Source: Methanocaldococcus sp. 28A (GTDB taxonomy: Archaea; AGJL01; Methanococci; Methanococcales; Methanocaldococcaceae). From it: a stretch of DNA of 64,000 bases. Location of the stretch: assembly GCA_049852185.1 (NCBI GenBank), contig CP187540.1. One strand, given 5' to 3'. Both the position numbers and the translations under genes were made by a program. Shown here in pieces: positions 31,734-42,803 of this stretch; the stretch's first letter is position 1; every line of letters starts with the position of its first letter. The notes beneath the pieces were generated by a model. It worked only from the letters and a program-made list of their open reading frames with translations. It had not been told where the DNA came from and ran no database searches.

Positions 31734-31928
31734 TTATACTTTTAATGCTATTGTGATAATATAGTATAGAATTATGAGCCCAGCAATTGCTAAAAACATA
31801 TATTGAGTTCTTAACATTTTTTTCCTTCTTTGCATATATTCAATTCTACATTTTTCTGAGCAGAAAACTTGGTCTGGAGGAATTGATATACCACAATTTA
31901 AACAGTGTTTATGTTTTGGAATATCCAT
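31734..31928 (-). CDS. DUF2116 Zn-ribbon membrane protein
   Basis: HKHCLNCG...FCSEKC plus a C-terminal TM helix. Confidence 0.85.
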   Translation of the reverse strand: MDIPKHKHCLNCGISIPPDQVFCSEKCRIEYMQRRKKMLRTQYMFLAIAGLIILYYIITIALKV

Positions 31929-31929
31929 T

Positions 31930-32610
31930 TTATCCCTCAATTATTGTCCCATTTATTATTCCTTTACTAACATTTAAAAGCTCTTCAGGTGTTCCTTTAA
32001 CAACAGCTACTTTTAATTTAGCTCTTTCAATAATCTTAGCTGCTAATAAATCAACAACTGATGATGAACCTGCTTTTAATGAAGAAGATAATGCCAAATC
32101 GACGAGCTGTTTAGCTCTCATCTTATCGAATTTTTTAGCATTTTTATATTTATTTGGGTCTTTGTCATAAACACCATCAACATTTGTTCCAATAACTAAC
32201 AAATCAGCATTTATAAACTCTGCCAATGAAGCTGCGACTGCATCAGTAGTGTGTCCAGGATGAGTCCCTCCCATCACTGGAATTTTTCCTAAGTTCAATA
32301 TAAACTCCGCCTCTTCAAATGATGTAGGGACTTTTTTTATACTATAATTTCCTAAAGCAGTGATTAAAATCATTGCATTCATTCTTGTAGCCATTATTCC
32401 AAGCTCATCACAAAAACTCTCATTAGCTCCAAGTTCTCTCCCTATCTGTATATATTCTCTCGCTGTTTTTCCTCCTCCAACAACTATAGCTATCTCATGT
32501 CCCTCATCCTTAATCTTTTTAAAGGCATTGGCATATTCTTTAATTTTTTCAGCATTGGCTCCCTCTTTTGGCATAACTACTGAACCTCCCAAATCAAAAA
32601 CAATTCTCAT
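31930..32610 (-). CDS. pyrH: Uridylate kinase
   Basis: LGGS, VVGGG, PGHTTD, NVDGVYDKDP; RBS favours ATG 32610. Confidence 0.95.
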   Translation of the reverse strand: MRIVFDLGGSVVMPKEGANAEKIKEYANAFKKIKDEGHEIAIVVGGGKTAREYIQIGRELGANESFCDELGIMATRMNAMILITALGNYSIKKVPTSFEEAEFILNLGKIPVMGGTHPGHTTDAVAASLAEFINADLLVIGTNVDGVYDKDPNKYKNAKKFDKMRAKQLVDLALSSSLKAGSSSVVDLLAAKIIERAKLKVAVVKGTPEELLNVSKGIINGTIIEG

Positions 32611-32681
32611 TTTCTCACCAAAACCTCCTAATAAAAGAGTTATCTGGACTTTTGGAATATATATGAAGAACCCTGACACCT

Positions 32682-32794
32682 TATAGTTGTGTGCAAAACT
32701 ATCTTAAATAAAATAAGGAATTAGTGAATGCCTTCTTTAAGGAAGGCATTCAAATTGTCCTTATAAAAGTTTATTTTATTTTGCACACAACTAT
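32682..32794. repeat. MITE, TATAGTTGTGTGCAAAA family
   Basis: 17-bp TIR; internal hairpin GAATGCCTTC/GAAGGCATTC; copies at 41936 and 58022. Confidence 0.88.
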
Positions 32795-32966
32795 TACAGA
32801 ACTTTATTAGTTACTAAATATATAAACTGTAAAAGTCCTGTCAAAATATCAAAATAGGGAGTATTTAATTTTAATTCTATATACTTTTAAATATTGAAAT
32901 ATATATATTAATATGCATAAAAAATAAAAAGGTGTATTGTTATTATAGATATATTGTAAGTTGGGC

Positions 32967-33170
32967 TTAACCTCTCAATGCAGCCTTTACATCTTCAACT
33001 TTTACAGTCTTTCTCTTTGCGTGCTTAGCCAAATCAACTGATTTCTTCGCTATTTCCAAAGCAATTTCCTCTAATGCTTCGGCAAAGTATTTTCCAGCTG
33101 CTTCACTAACTCTCTGAGCACCAGCTTTCTTTAATATTCTTACACATGGTGCAACTGGAAGCTCAGCCAT
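32967..33170 (-). CDS. Archaeal histone (HMf family)
   Basis: [17 protein letters not shown]...[13 protein letters not shown]. Confidence 0.97.
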   Translation of the reverse strand: MAELPVAPCVRILKKAGAQRVSEAAGKYFAEALEEIALEIAKKSVDLAKHAKRKTVKVEDVKAALRG

Positions 33171-33252
33171 AATACCACCTCAGAACTTTACATTTTTAGT
33201 TTTTTATAATGGAAGTATATATATTTTTCGGGATATTCTCAAATATTCTCTC

Positions 33253-34302
33253 CTATACTTTTTTGAGTATTATTGTGAGCTCATTTTTGGTATTAGCCTT
33301 TAAATTAGTTATTTTAAATAGTTCGATATTTTTATATTGGTCTAAAATTTTTAATACTTGCTCTAAATCTTCCTTTTTGGTCTTTGAATTTCTTGCTTTT
33401 AATGTATGAATTATATATCTATCACTTTTTAAATATTTCGCAAATTTTAATGTTAAATAGATAGATTCATCAGGATATAGGTTAGTGTCATTAGTTATCA
33501 AATCAATTTCCTCATTAATATCTTTTTCAAAATCCACATGTTCAGCTCTCTTTTTTATATGGATTATGTTGTTAGCTTTTATCTTTAACTCTCCAGTATC
33601 TATAGCATAAACCTTTTTAGCTTTTTTTGATAATATTTTTGCCCATCCTCCTGGAGATGAGCCAATATCTAAAACGCAATTTAAGTTTTCAAATATAAAC
33701 GGAAATTTTTTTATTAATTCACTCATTTTTCTCTCTGAGCGGTTTAATGGTCTTTCAGCATATCTCTTTAAGTTTTTTAAATTGTTTATATTCTCTTGAA
33801 TAACAAGTTCATTAAAATCATCATAATATATTGAGATATAGCTTTTATCTTGTAAAATTTCAATATTTATTTTGAAATCCCAATTTTTTAGATTTACTTT
33901 TAAATTTAAATCTTTAAAGTTATCTAATATATACTTTCCAATTATTCTTTCAAGTTCTTCACTTGTAAATTCATGATTACCTCTCCTGTTACACCTAACT
34001 ACAAAAGATTTATTTCTTAATTTTTCTTTATTTTTATTGATTAAAAAAGATACAGTTCTTTTTATCTCATCAATATCTGTTTTACATTCTATCTCTAACG
34101 GAATCAATTTCAACAAAAATTTTAGATTAGCCTTATTTTCTTTAATAATATTTAAAAATTCATGAGAATTTTGAGAAAAAACTATTAAAATTCCTCTAAA
34201 TGGAGTCCATAGAATTTTCTTTTTTATTGGTAATTTATTTAGCTCATCTCTCAATTGAGGCTCGAATCCAGGTTTTGTTGTTACTAAAGCTACTGGTTTC
34301 AT
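33253..34302 (-). CDS. THUMP plus FtsJ-like RNA methyltransferase
   Basis: THUMP-like SFVVRCNRRG; NRSERKM; DIGSSPGGW. Confidence 0.8.
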   Translation of the reverse strand: MKPVALVTTKPGFEPQLRDELNKLPIKKKILWTPFRGILIVFSQNSHEFLNIIKENKANLKFLLKLIPLEIECKTDIDEIKRTVSFLINKNKEKLRNKSFVVRCNRRGNHEFTSEELERIIGKYILDNFKDLNLKVNLKNWDFKINIEILQDKSYISIYYDDFNELVIQENINNLKNLKRYAERPLNRSERKMSELIKKFPFIFENLNCVLDIGSSPGGWAKILSKKAKKVYAIDTGELKIKANNIIHIKKRAEHVDFEKDINEEIDLITNDTNLYPDESIYLTLKFAKYLKSDRYIIHTLKARNSKTKKEDLEQVLKILDQYKNIELFKITNLKANTKNELTIILKKV

Positions 34303-34306
34303 AAAT

Positions 34307-35230
34307 CTAAACACCACAGAACTCAATAATATTTTTTGCCAATCTAACTTTGTCCTCCAATGTTTTCATAATTGTGTTGGTTATAAAAACTTCACAAGGT
34401 ATTTTTTTAGCTATTTCTTTATCAACATTATCTATAACTAAGATATCAACTATATCTTTATAAAATTCATAAACTCCTTTAACTGATACCTCATAACCCT
34501 TAGCTTTCATTAATTTACCTGCAGGACCTGAGACAGCAGAATTTCCAACTATTGGAGAAACAGCCACTACTTTTTTATCTTTTAATAACTCTCTAATTCC
34601 ATTTAAACTTAAAATTGGTCCTATAGAAGTTATTGGATTTGAAGGACCAATGATAACAAGGTCGCTATTCTCTATAGCTTCAACAGCCTTTTCACAAGGT
34701 TTAGCATATAAACTATTTTCATAAATAACATCTAAAACCTCAACATCCCCTCTTCTTTTAACCCAAAAGTCATGGAATTTTAATAAATCTATTTTTCCAT
34801 CAACCTTTGCCAAAATTTTTGTTTCAACTCTATCATCGCTCATTGGAATTACTTTTGCTTTAATTCCTAAGGCTTCTCTCTCCATATCTACAATTTCTGA
34901 GAGTTTATAACCTCTCTTTAAATAATATGTCTTATGCATTTTTAATGCCCTATCTTTATCTCCTATCCTCAAAACTTCATCAAATCCAAGATTTTTTAAT
35001 TGCTCATGTGTATAAAATGTATCTCCTTTAACACCATACCAAGTTTCTTCATTAATTAAATCTGCTAAGGTATAGAGAACAGTATCAACATCAGGTGATA
35101 AATATAAATCTCCTATCCAAGTATCTTCACCAGTATTAACAATAACAGCCAATTTTTTATTATTAACAACTCTTTTTAATCCTTGCAATAGCTTTGGAGT
35201 TCCTGTCCCTCCAGATAATACTGTAATCAC
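34307..35230 (-). CDS. cofD: 2-phospho-L-lactate transferase (F420 biosynthesis)
   Basis: LSGGTGTPK, SPDVDTV, IGPSNPITSIGPI. Confidence 0.95.
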   Translation of the reverse strand: MITVLSGGTGTPKLLQGLKRVVNNKKLAVIVNTGEDTWIGDLYLSPDVDTVLYTLADLINEETWYGVKGDTFYTHEQLKNLGFDEVLRIGDKDRALKMHKTYYLKRGYKLSEIVDMEREALGIKAKVIPMSDDRVETKILAKVDGKIDLLKFHDFWVKRRGDVEVLDVIYENSLYAKPCEKAVEAIENSDLVIIGPSNPITSIGPILSLNGIRELLKDKKVVAVSPIVGNSAVSGPAGKLMKAKGYEVSVKGVYEFYKDIVDILVIDNVDKEIAKKIPCEVFITNTIMKTLEDKVRLAKNIIEFCGV

Positions 35231-35234
35231 ATTC

Positions 35235-36428
35235 TCACCTAATCTTCAACTTAAGCTTATTGATTAACTTATTAGTTATCCTGTCTGTTAAGTAGTATTT
35301 TTTTCTATTGCTTCTTGTTTCAAAGAAATCATCTATTATTTTTTTAATATTCTTTTTTCCATTGTATTTTTTTGCAAGTTCTCTCATTTTTAAAGCATTT
35401 CTTTTATAAAATTTTATATTTGTTATGTCAAATATAGCTTCCTCTAACCTATATAGCTCTTTATAAGATAGAGCTATTCCACAACCTAAATTATGGACTT
35501 TTTTAGCATTATTTCCCTGCTCAGGATGGTCTAAATCTGGAATAACAATTAACGGTTTTCCAAATGATAGAGCTTCCATTATTGTTGAATGACCACCAGA
35601 AGATATAATAAGTTCTGCATTTTTTATAAGTTCTTTCATATTTGTTGTTATTGGGATTATTTCTATGTCTTTATCCTTATAACTGTGTAATTTTAAATCA
35701 TTTTTTAGCTTTTTAGCTACTTCATAACTTCCACATACAAGTTTTACATTCAAATTATTTTTTAAGGCAATTTTTCCAAGCTCTTCAAGAATTTTATATC
35801 TATACTCAAAACCTCCAATAACGCTTAATATGTAATTTTCTTTAGTATTTTCATCATTATCCTCATCTTCAATATCATATCTAATTAAAGGGCCTATAAA
35901 CTCCATATTTTTTATAATTTTTAGGTTGTATTCACATATAGTATATGGTGGAGGAAAATCAGGTACTATAAATCTTTCACATCTTTCATTTATTATGTTT
36001 AGAGCTTTCATTGTTGGATAGACAATTAAATCTGTTTTTAATTTATATTTTGTATAGTTTTGATTGCTTATACAGATAACCGGCTTTTTTAAAAGTTTTG
36101 CTGCTACAATTGTACTATATTTGCAGTCAGAGATTATTAAATCAGGATTATATTCTTTTATAATTTCAATTTCTCTCCTAATAGCTTTTTTTGGGCTGTA
36201 TTCTTTATTAAATATACTTGAAGTTAAATTAAATTTTCCATCTTTTCCTTTAAGTTTTATCTCAGGGAATGTTTCAAAAACTTTAAAGTTATATTTTTCA
36301 ATGAAATCTTTACTTTTTCCATAGGCGATATATGAGATTTCATAATCATCTTTTAAAGCTTCACCAATTGCGATACATCTTGTTGTATGTCCAAATCCCT
36401 CCCCACAAACTGAAATAAGAATTTTCAT
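35235..36428 (-). CDS. GT-B glycosyltransferase (MJ1255/MurG-like)
   Basis: [28 protein letters not shown]. Confidence 0.88.
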   Translation of the reverse strand: MKILISVCGEGFGHTTRCIAIGEALKDDYEISYIAYGKSKDFIEKYNFKVFETFPEIKLKGKDGKFNLTSSIFNKEYSPKKAIRREIEIIKEYNPDLIISDCKYSTIVAAKLLKKPVICISNQNYTKYKLKTDLIVYPTMKALNIINERCERFIVPDFPPPYTICEYNLKIIKNMEFIGPLIRYDIEDEDNDENTKENYILSVIGGFEYRYKILEELGKIALKNNLNVKLVCGSYEVAKKLKNDLKLHSYKDKDIEIIPITTNMKELIKNAELIISSGGHSTIMEALSFGKPLIVIPDLDHPEQGNNAKKVHNLGCGIALSYKELYRLEEAIFDITNIKFYKRNALKMRELAKKYNGKKNIKKIIDDFFETRSNRKKYYLTDRITNKLINKLKLKIR

Positions 36429-36437
36429 ACTACCCAC

Positions 36438-37745
36438 CTATAATAGCTTTTTACTTTCTTCAGTTAAAGTTAATTTATTAATTCTTCCAATTTTTTCCTT
36501 TCTTATTATTTTTCTATCTTCTAATTCAGATATAATTCGTGAAACCTTTGGCTTACTCATTCCAGTAATTTCAACAATTTCTTTTTGTGTAATATGTCCA
36601 TTTTTTTTTATCAAATCAATTATGATTTTCTCTTCTTCTGTTAAAAAACTCCATAAAACCCCTCTCTTTTCTTCCATATATTTCTTTGCAATCTCTCCTA
36701 AGTTTTTAACTTTTTCTTTTAGCTCTTCATTCTCTTTCTTTAATTTTTCAATATATTTATTTAGTGATTCAATATTTTCTTTATATGAGAGATTTTCATT
36801 TACAAGTTTTTGTATTCTACTTTCATATTCGGAAATCCTTTCGTTTAACACTCCAATAATCTCATTCTTACGTAGTAAATTTTTATTAGCTTCACTTAAT
36901 TCATCCTCTAAATCTTTTATTTTCGCAGTTAAATTTTTAACTACATCTTCTTTTTCTTTTAATTTGTCTTTTACTTCATTTAATTCATTTTTTATGTTTT
37001 CAGTGTCTTTTATAATCTTCGTTTTAGATATTCTCTCTCTAATAAATAAACCAGCAAATATTGACGCCCCAAATATTGTAATTATTAAGAGATATTTTAA
37101 ATTATTATTAATAGATGGATATTCTACAATATTATTTGATGGATATGTTATAAAGGTATATTTTACAGCAATCGTGAAGGTTACTGCCTTATTTAAAGAC
37201 AAATCCCATATAATTATTTGATGTTTTCCATCGGTAGTTATTTTGTATCCAGAAGGGGTTACAAGTAAAGTACCTTGAGGGGAAGATATAACTGCTCCTG
37301 GTGGAAGAATTACTTTTATAGTAGCATTTTTTGCAGGGATTAGAAAGTTCATAATGAGTTGATTAATATCATTTTTCGTCCAGATTGCATCAGTTACTAA
37401 ACAATTAAATGTTACATTTACATACTCATGTGGAGGAACAGGTTTTTCAAATTCTATGGTAATTTTTGAGAGTTCACCAGTGTATAACGCACTATATCCT
37501 CTAATGTTTATAGAAGAGTTTATTGTAAGATTTTCAATATTTTGAGGAATGGTATATGTAATACTACTCAAATTTTTATTATCGTTATTGTATATTACCA
37601 TAGTTATTGTCTCATTTATGGTATCATCAGGATTAACTATGCATTTGATATCTATCTTTTCAATGCTGTATGCCAAAGATATATTTCCCAACAATAGAAA
37701 GAAAAACAAAAATATTAAAAATTTCTTAGGTTTAATGTATATCAC
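36438..37745 (-). CDS. Membrane-anchored protein: extracellular domain, TM, coiled coil, winged HTH
   Basis: Signal-like N-terminus, TM near residue 220, heptad region, C-terminal ITQKEIV...SKPKVSRII..LE. Confidence 0.8.
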   Translation of the reverse strand: MIYIKPKKFLIFLFFFLLLGNISLAYSIEKIDIKCIVNPDDTINETITMVIYNNDNKNLSSITYTIPQNIENLTINSSINIRGYSALYTGELSKITIEFEKPVPPHEYVNVTFNCLVTDAIWTKNDINQLIMNFLIPAKNATIKVILPPGAVISSPQGTLLVTPSGYKITTDGKHQIIIWDLSLNKAVTFTIAVKYTFITYPSNNIVEYPSINNNLKYLLIITIFGASIFAGLFIRERISKTKIIKDTENIKNELNEVKDKLKEKEDVVKNLTAKIKDLEDELSEANKNLLRKNEIIGVLNERISEYESRIQKLVNENLSYKENIESLNKYIEKLKKENEELKEKVKNLGEIAKKYMEEKRGVLWSFLTEEEKIIIDLIKKNGHITQKEIVEITGMSKPKVSRIISELEDRKIIRKEKIGRINKLTLTEESKKLL

Positions 37746-37768
37746 CTTTTATTGGTAGAATATTATTA

Positions 37769-37805
37769 TAGGAGTTTCGCAGTTTTTATTAATGTGAAAG
37801 TCTTA
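37769..37805. repeat. Minimal AGGACTTTCGCAG-family remnant (both ends, about 10-nt spacer)
   Basis: TAGGAGTTTCGCAG...TGTGAAAGTCTTA. Confidence 0.5.
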
Positions 37806-37878
37806 ACTACTTATATCACCTTATAATATATATAAAAATTTGTTTCGCATAGATCAAAATACAAAAGGGGTTGGAAAG

Positions 37879-38736
37879 ATGCTAAAAGATTATAGGCTAT
37901 CAATTGCTATACCAATAGCCCTTCTTATATTATCAATTTTATTAATAGGTTTTAAAGGAATTCCTAAAAGTATTGACATTACAGGAGGAACTGAGATAAC
38001 AATTAAAGTGGATAAAGATATAGATATAACTCCTCTAAAAGAGTCACTTAATGGAATAGCAGACGTAAAAAAATTAAAATCAGCTGATGGATATTATATA
38101 GTTATTAGATGTAAAAATAAAGACATAAACATTGTAAAGCAAAAAATTAAAGAATTTTTCCACGTTGATAGTTTAGATAAGTTAAATTATTCTGAAAAGA
38201 CTATTGGAGCAACGTTAAGTTCTAAGTTCTTTGAAGAAGGATTAAAAGCTATTGGATTTGCATTTATATTCATGGCAATAGTTGTCTTCATCTACTTTAG
38301 AAATCCTGTGCCAAGTGGAACAATTATACTATGCGCATTATCAGATCTAATTGTTACCTTAGGTGCAATGAGCTTATTTAATATTGAGCTATCATCAGCT
38401 ACTATAGCTGCTTTATTAATGGTTATTGGTTATAGTGTAGATTCAAACATTTTATTAACTACAAGAGTTTTAAAGAGATTAACAAAAAGTTTTGATGAAA
38501 CTGTTAAAGATGCTATGAAAACAGGATTAACAATGACCTTAACTACAATTAGTGCCATGACTGTATTATTAATTGTTGTAAAGTTATTTATCCCAATTGC
38601 ATATATATTAGCTAATATAGCTACTGTCTTAATCTTGGCTTTAATTGCTGATATTATAAACACATGGTTATTAAATGCTGGAATCTTAAGGTACTATATC
38701 ACAGAATACAAAGCAAAGAAAAAATCATACATTTAA
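37879..38736 (+). CDS. secF: Protein translocase subunit SecF
   Basis: SIDITGGT, IGYSVDSNILL. Confidence 0.93.
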   Translation: MLKDYRLSIAIPIALLILSILLIGFKGIPKSIDITGGTEITIKVDKDIDITPLKESLNGIADVKKLKSADGYYIVIRCKNKDINIVKQKIKEFFHVDSLDKLNYSEKTIGATLSSKFFEEGLKAIGFAFIFMAIVVFIYFRNPVPSGTIILCALSDLIVTLGAMSLFNIELSSATIAALLMVIGYSVDSNILLTTRVLKRLTKSFDETVKDAMKTGLTMTLTTISAMTVLLIVVKLFIPIAYILANIATVLILALIADIINTWLLNAGILRYYITEYKAKKKSYI

Positions 38737-39236
38737 AAATATTCTTTTTTTAGAATCTCTAAAAACTTTTTTATACCTTTTTCAATGCCATTTTTTTGTC
38801 TCTCTTTAACATTCTCAAAAGTAATTAGGTTGGCATAAACATCTGTAGTAAATAAATAACAACTATTATCAGTTAATATACAAATAGCCCCCCTTCCAAT
38901 GCCAGCAGTAGTTCCAATAGCTATATTAACATTTAGCTTTTTCTTTAATCCCCATGCCATTAACTTAGCAACCTCTAAATCTTTCTCTTCACTATATGCC
39001 TTTGCATATCTATAATTAAAATCTGGCTCTGGAAGTTTTATATCTAAGAGCTTTTCAGCTCCTACAATTGAAGGAATAAACATGGCAGCTATAATTTTAA
39101 TACTTCTAATTAACTTTAAATCTTCATCAGAAAATAAATATTTAAATTCAAAATCTTCATAGCCAGCTGCTGCTTTATGAATTGTTAATCCAATATTCGC
39201 ATGTGTAAAACATTCAGCAGTAGCAACTGTAATCAT
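38733..39236 (-). CDS. hcgF: UPF0254 / HcgF-family protein
   Basis: ITVATAECFTH and GTTAGIGRG signature. Confidence 0.8.
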   Translation of the reverse strand: MITVATAECFTHANIGLTIHKAAAGYEDFEFKYLFSDEDLKLIRSIKIIAAMFIPSIVGAEKLLDIKLPEPDFNYRYAKAYSEEKDLEVAKLMAWGLKKKLNVNIAIGTTAGIGRGAICILTDNSCYLFTTDVYANLITFENVKERQKNGIEKGIKKFLEILKKEYF

Positions 39237-39254
39237 TTTAATCACCGGGATAAT

Positions 39255-39947
39255 ATGGGCGTTAAAGAATATTATGATAAATTAGCTAATAGTTATGATA
39301 AATTGTATAAAAACAGGTATATGAGGATTGTGGAAAGAGAAGTTTTAAAAAAAGAGATTAAAGATGATGACTTCGTTTTAGATATTGGTTGTGGGACAGG
39401 AGAGCAATTAAAAATTTTAAATAAAGCAATAGGTTTGGATATATCAATAGAAATGGCTAAAATAGCACATAAAAAAACCAACAAACCTGTAGTTGTTGCT
39501 AATGCTGAATTTCTCCCATTTAAAAATAGGAGTTTTGATAAGGCAATATCATTTTTTGGAGCTTTAAATCATTGTAATTTAAAAAGAGCTTTAAAAGAAG
39601 TTAATAGAGTTTTAAAAAAGGATGGGATTTTTATATTCACTGTAGCTAATGTCTATGATATAAAATGGATTGTAAAGAATATTTTAAAAGGAAACTTCAA
39701 AAAGGTAAGAAATGCTTTAAAGAAAAGAAAAGGAACAATAATAAAAGTTATTGATGGAGAGAAAATAAAAGTAAAAACACGATTTTATAGCATTAAAGAA
39801 GTTAGAGATTTCTTAGAAGATAATGGCTTTAAAATAGTTTATACTTTTGGGGCAAACATTACAAACTCTCCATTGGATAGGTTTATTTATAAAAGCTTTT
39901 TAAAGCATTTTTCCTCATATATAGGATTTGTTGCTAAAAAAAAGTAA
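39255..39947 (+). CDS. Class I SAM-dependent methyltransferase
   Basis: VLDIGCGTG, LPF..SFD motifs. Confidence 0.9.
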   Translation: MGVKEYYDKLANSYDKLYKNRYMRIVEREVLKKEIKDDDFVLDIGCGTGEQLKILNKAIGLDISIEMAKIAHKKTNKPVVVANAEFLPFKNRSFDKAISFFGALNHCNLKRALKEVNRVLKKDGIFIFTVANVYDIKWIVKNILKGNFKKVRNALKKRKGTIIKVIDGEKIKVKTRFYSIKEVRDFLEDNGFKIVYTFGANITNSPLDRFIYKSFLKHFSSYIGFVAKKK

Positions 39948-39953
39948 ATAATA

Positions 39954-40712
39954 TTATTTTTTAATCTTCTCTTTTCCAGCTTTTTTAATTGCATCATACA
40001 TCATCTCAACAGCATTAGGATTCTCTTCCAATAAATTACCAGTAACTATTGTATCAGCTCCTGCTAAAACTTTTTCATAAGCAATTTCTGGTTTTCTAAT
40101 CCCTCCACCAACAATTATATTAATCCCAGAAAGCTTTTTTGATAAAGCTATTGTTTCATTATTCACTGGGTATTCTGCCCCACTACCTGCCTCTAAATAA
40201 GCCCATCTCATTCCAAAGAACTTTGCTGATAAACAATACATAGCTGTTATTTTTGGTTTGTTTTGAGGTATCTCCCTAATTTCTCCAACATAACCAACAG
40301 CAGTTTTTTTAGCTGGCTCTATGCAGAGATAAGCCATTGGTATTGGCTCTAAGTTATACTTTAAAATTGTTATCGCCCCTAAAGTTGGAGCGGTTATTGC
40401 CCAATATGTATTAGAGGAGTTCATTAAGCTCATGTAAAATACAGCATCAGCATATCTTGAAAGTCCATCAACATTTCCTGGGAATAGGATTATTGGAAGC
40501 TTAGTTATTTTTTTTATTTTTTTCACTGCTTCATCTAAATTAACAACTCCTATACTTCCTCCAACCATTATTGCATCTGCATAATCCTTAACTTTTTCAG
40601 CTATCTCTTCAATATTTTCTTCCTCTGGGTCTAATAGAGTTAGATAAACAGCACCCTCCTCTTCAATGATTTGATTCAATTTTTTTTCAACTTTGCCTAT
40701 TTTTATTTCCAT
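39954..40712 (-). CDS. Geranylgeranylglyceryl phosphate synthase
   Basis: TLLDP, MVGGS, YLEAGSG, VGGGIR, VTGN. Confidence 0.93.
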   Translation of the reverse strand: MEIKIGKVEKKLNQIIEEEGAVYLTLLDPEEENIEEIAEKVKDYADAIMVGGSIGVVNLDEAVKKIKKITKLPIILFPGNVDGLSRYADAVFYMSLMNSSNTYWAITAPTLGAITILKYNLEPIPMAYLCIEPAKKTAVGYVGEIREIPQNKPKITAMYCLSAKFFGMRWAYLEAGSGAEYPVNNETIALSKKLSGINIIVGGGIRKPEIAYEKVLAGADTIVTGNLLEENPNAVEMMYDAIKKAGKEKIKK

Positions 40713-40738
40713 AATCTCACAGAATTTTTAATGGTCAT

Positions 40739-40825
40739 AGGACTTTCGCAGCTTTATATTAATTTAGAATTTAGAAACCTTTAAGGTGTCCATGTCCAAA
40801 AAATATTTATTCCTGCGAAAGCCCT
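40739..40825. repeat. MITE, AGGACTTTCGCAG family, with target duplication
   Basis: 13-bp TIR (1 mismatch) flanked by the direct repeat ATGGTCAT (40731-40738, 40826-40833). Confidence 0.85.
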
Positions 40826-40829
40826 ATGG

Positions 40830-41915
40830 TCATTTTTCAATGATTGTCTCTTTTATTGCCATCCCAAAATGTCTTGCATATTCCTCTGGTTTTATTAAAA
40901 CTTTGTCTCCAGGTTTTAAATCAACAACAGAAACTGGCTCTCCTTTTTCATTAACTAACCTTATTGTTTCAGCATTTTGTAATATGGTTCTAATAATATC
41001 TCCCTTATATTCTGCTTCAATTAATATCAATGGCCTTCTTTCAATCTTTACCCTACCAACTATAGCTTCCCTTGCATTTCCATCCTTATCAACAATTAAA
41101 ACCTTATCTCCCGCCTTTAACTCACTTAAATATTTTGTTTTATTCCCTGGGCATAATATATAGGCATGAACAGGCCCTGCATTAACTCTAAAAGGTCTTG
41201 TAGCTACGTAAGGATTTTCTACAGTTTCAGAATGAACTAAAAATAAACCTCTTGAATAGGAACCAATTAACATTCCTTCTCCTATACTCATTAATGAGCA
41301 GGTATCTATACAAACCCTATCTCCACTACCTATTGGCTCAACTTTTGTTATTGTTGCTACATCTAAAGCAATTTTTTCCTTATTCATTTCTTCAATTAAT
41401 TTTGACAACTCCTTTATATCCTCTAAGTTTTTTGGATTTAAAAGAACTCCATCAGTTCCTTTCTCTAAAATTTCATAAGCAACCTTTGCCTCATCAACTG
41501 AATTAACACTTGCAATAATTTTTACATCTCTATTAAATAAATCAGCAATTAAATTTTCTAATGGAATAATTGTCCAATCCCTACCCTCTAAGATAATGTT
41601 ATCAACAAAACCAAACCTTGCTACTTCAGAAGCTAATTCTTCATCTTCTTTTGATTCTATTGGTATATAGATAGCTGTTTCTTTACCCAAGTTTTTAGCT
41701 TCTTTTAAAAACTCTATGTTGTCATCTTTATTTACTAAAACAATATCTGCATCTAAGCTATGTGAAGCTACTTTAATATTTCCAAGCTCTTTAATTTTTT
41801 CAATATCTTCTGGTTCAGCAATAACTACTGGAATTGATGATTCCAAAGCCATCTTTACAATTTCCTTTTTATCCTCCCAATTATCTCCAGTAACATTAAC
41901 CCACCCAAATTTCAT
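40830..41915 (-). CDS. aroB': 3-dehydroquinate synthase II
   Basis: GDRVCIDTCS, RPFRVNAG, GRVKIERRP, LQNAETI, ARHFG. Confidence 0.93.
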   Translation of the reverse strand: MKFGWVNVTGDNWEDKKEIVKMALESSIPVVIAEPEDIEKIKELGNIKVASHSLDADIVLVNKDDNIEFLKEAKNLGKETAIYIPIESKEDEELASEVARFGFVDNIILEGRDWTIIPLENLIADLFNRDVKIIASVNSVDEAKVAYEILEKGTDGVLLNPKNLEDIKELSKLIEEMNKEKIALDVATITKVEPIGSGDRVCIDTCSLMSIGEGMLIGSYSRGLFLVHSETVENPYVATRPFRVNAGPVHAYILCPGNKTKYLSELKAGDKVLIVDKDGNAREAIVGRVKIERRPLILIEAEYKGDIIRTILQNAETIRLVNEKGEPVSVVDLKPGDKVLIKPEEYARHFGMAIKETIIEK

Positions 41916-41935
41916 AATTTCACCTTTTCATTTTT

Positions 41936-42052
41936 TATAGTCGTGTGCAAAATGCAATAAACTTTTATAATGATAATTTGGATGCCTTCCATGAGGAAGG
42001 TATTCATTAATACCTTATTATTTTATTTAAAATAGTTTTGCACACAACTATA
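41936..42052. repeat. MITE, TATAGTTGTGTGCAAAA family
   Basis: TATAGTCGTGTGCAAAA...TTTTGCACACAACTATA. Confidence 0.88.
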
Positions 42053-42114
42053 ATATTATAATATTATAGGACTTTTGCTGGAATAAATATATTATGCTAT
42101 TGAATATAGACACC

Positions 42115-42780
42115 GAGTTTGGATAAAAAGTAATAAATAACAAAAATAAAGAGGGGGTGTATGGATATGAAGCGAAAAAAATGAAAGAGACCTATTATAA
42201 CGAATACGAAGTTATGGAGAGATATGAAGATAAGGATGTTTCTATGATAAAACAAGCTGTTTTTTCGATAGAGCCTCCATATAGATTAAAGAACGATTAG
42301 ACTGGGAAACCAGGTTATAATCCAAGAGCAATAGCAGTATTATTTAAAGATAAGATATTCGAAATCCAACGATTGGATTTTAAAGGAGCTTGGATTAGAT
42401 ACCTGTCATTGAAATCAACTATTTGTGGAAAAAGTAGTCCATATTTGAAGAAGCTGTTAGCTAATATAAGCGATATTTTATGCGTTTTAGCAGATAAAGG
42501 ATATGAATCGAAGTTAAACGCTCAATTAATTGCAGAAAAATCATCCAAGAAAATTTAAGAGTATTTATCGATTTAGAGTCAAAATCGAGGCTAATATACA
42601 TAGTCATGTAAAAATTACAACGCAATATTATTATGCTGTAAAGTCATACTTTAAAATACTATTCAATACATAAAAACTAAATTACTTCTATATGATTAAA
42701 AATAATTCATTTGCTCAAGAATCGAATTTATGGTTCTTAAATCTCGATTATAAAAAATTATATAGTTTATGACCAAACTC
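42115..42780 (+). mobile_element. Decayed IS5-like element
   Basis: TIR GAGTTTGG / CCAAACTC; fragments GKPGYNPRA and VLADKGYES. Confidence 0.75.
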
Positions 42781-42803
42781 TTTTCTTTTTAAAAAGTTAA
42801 ATA

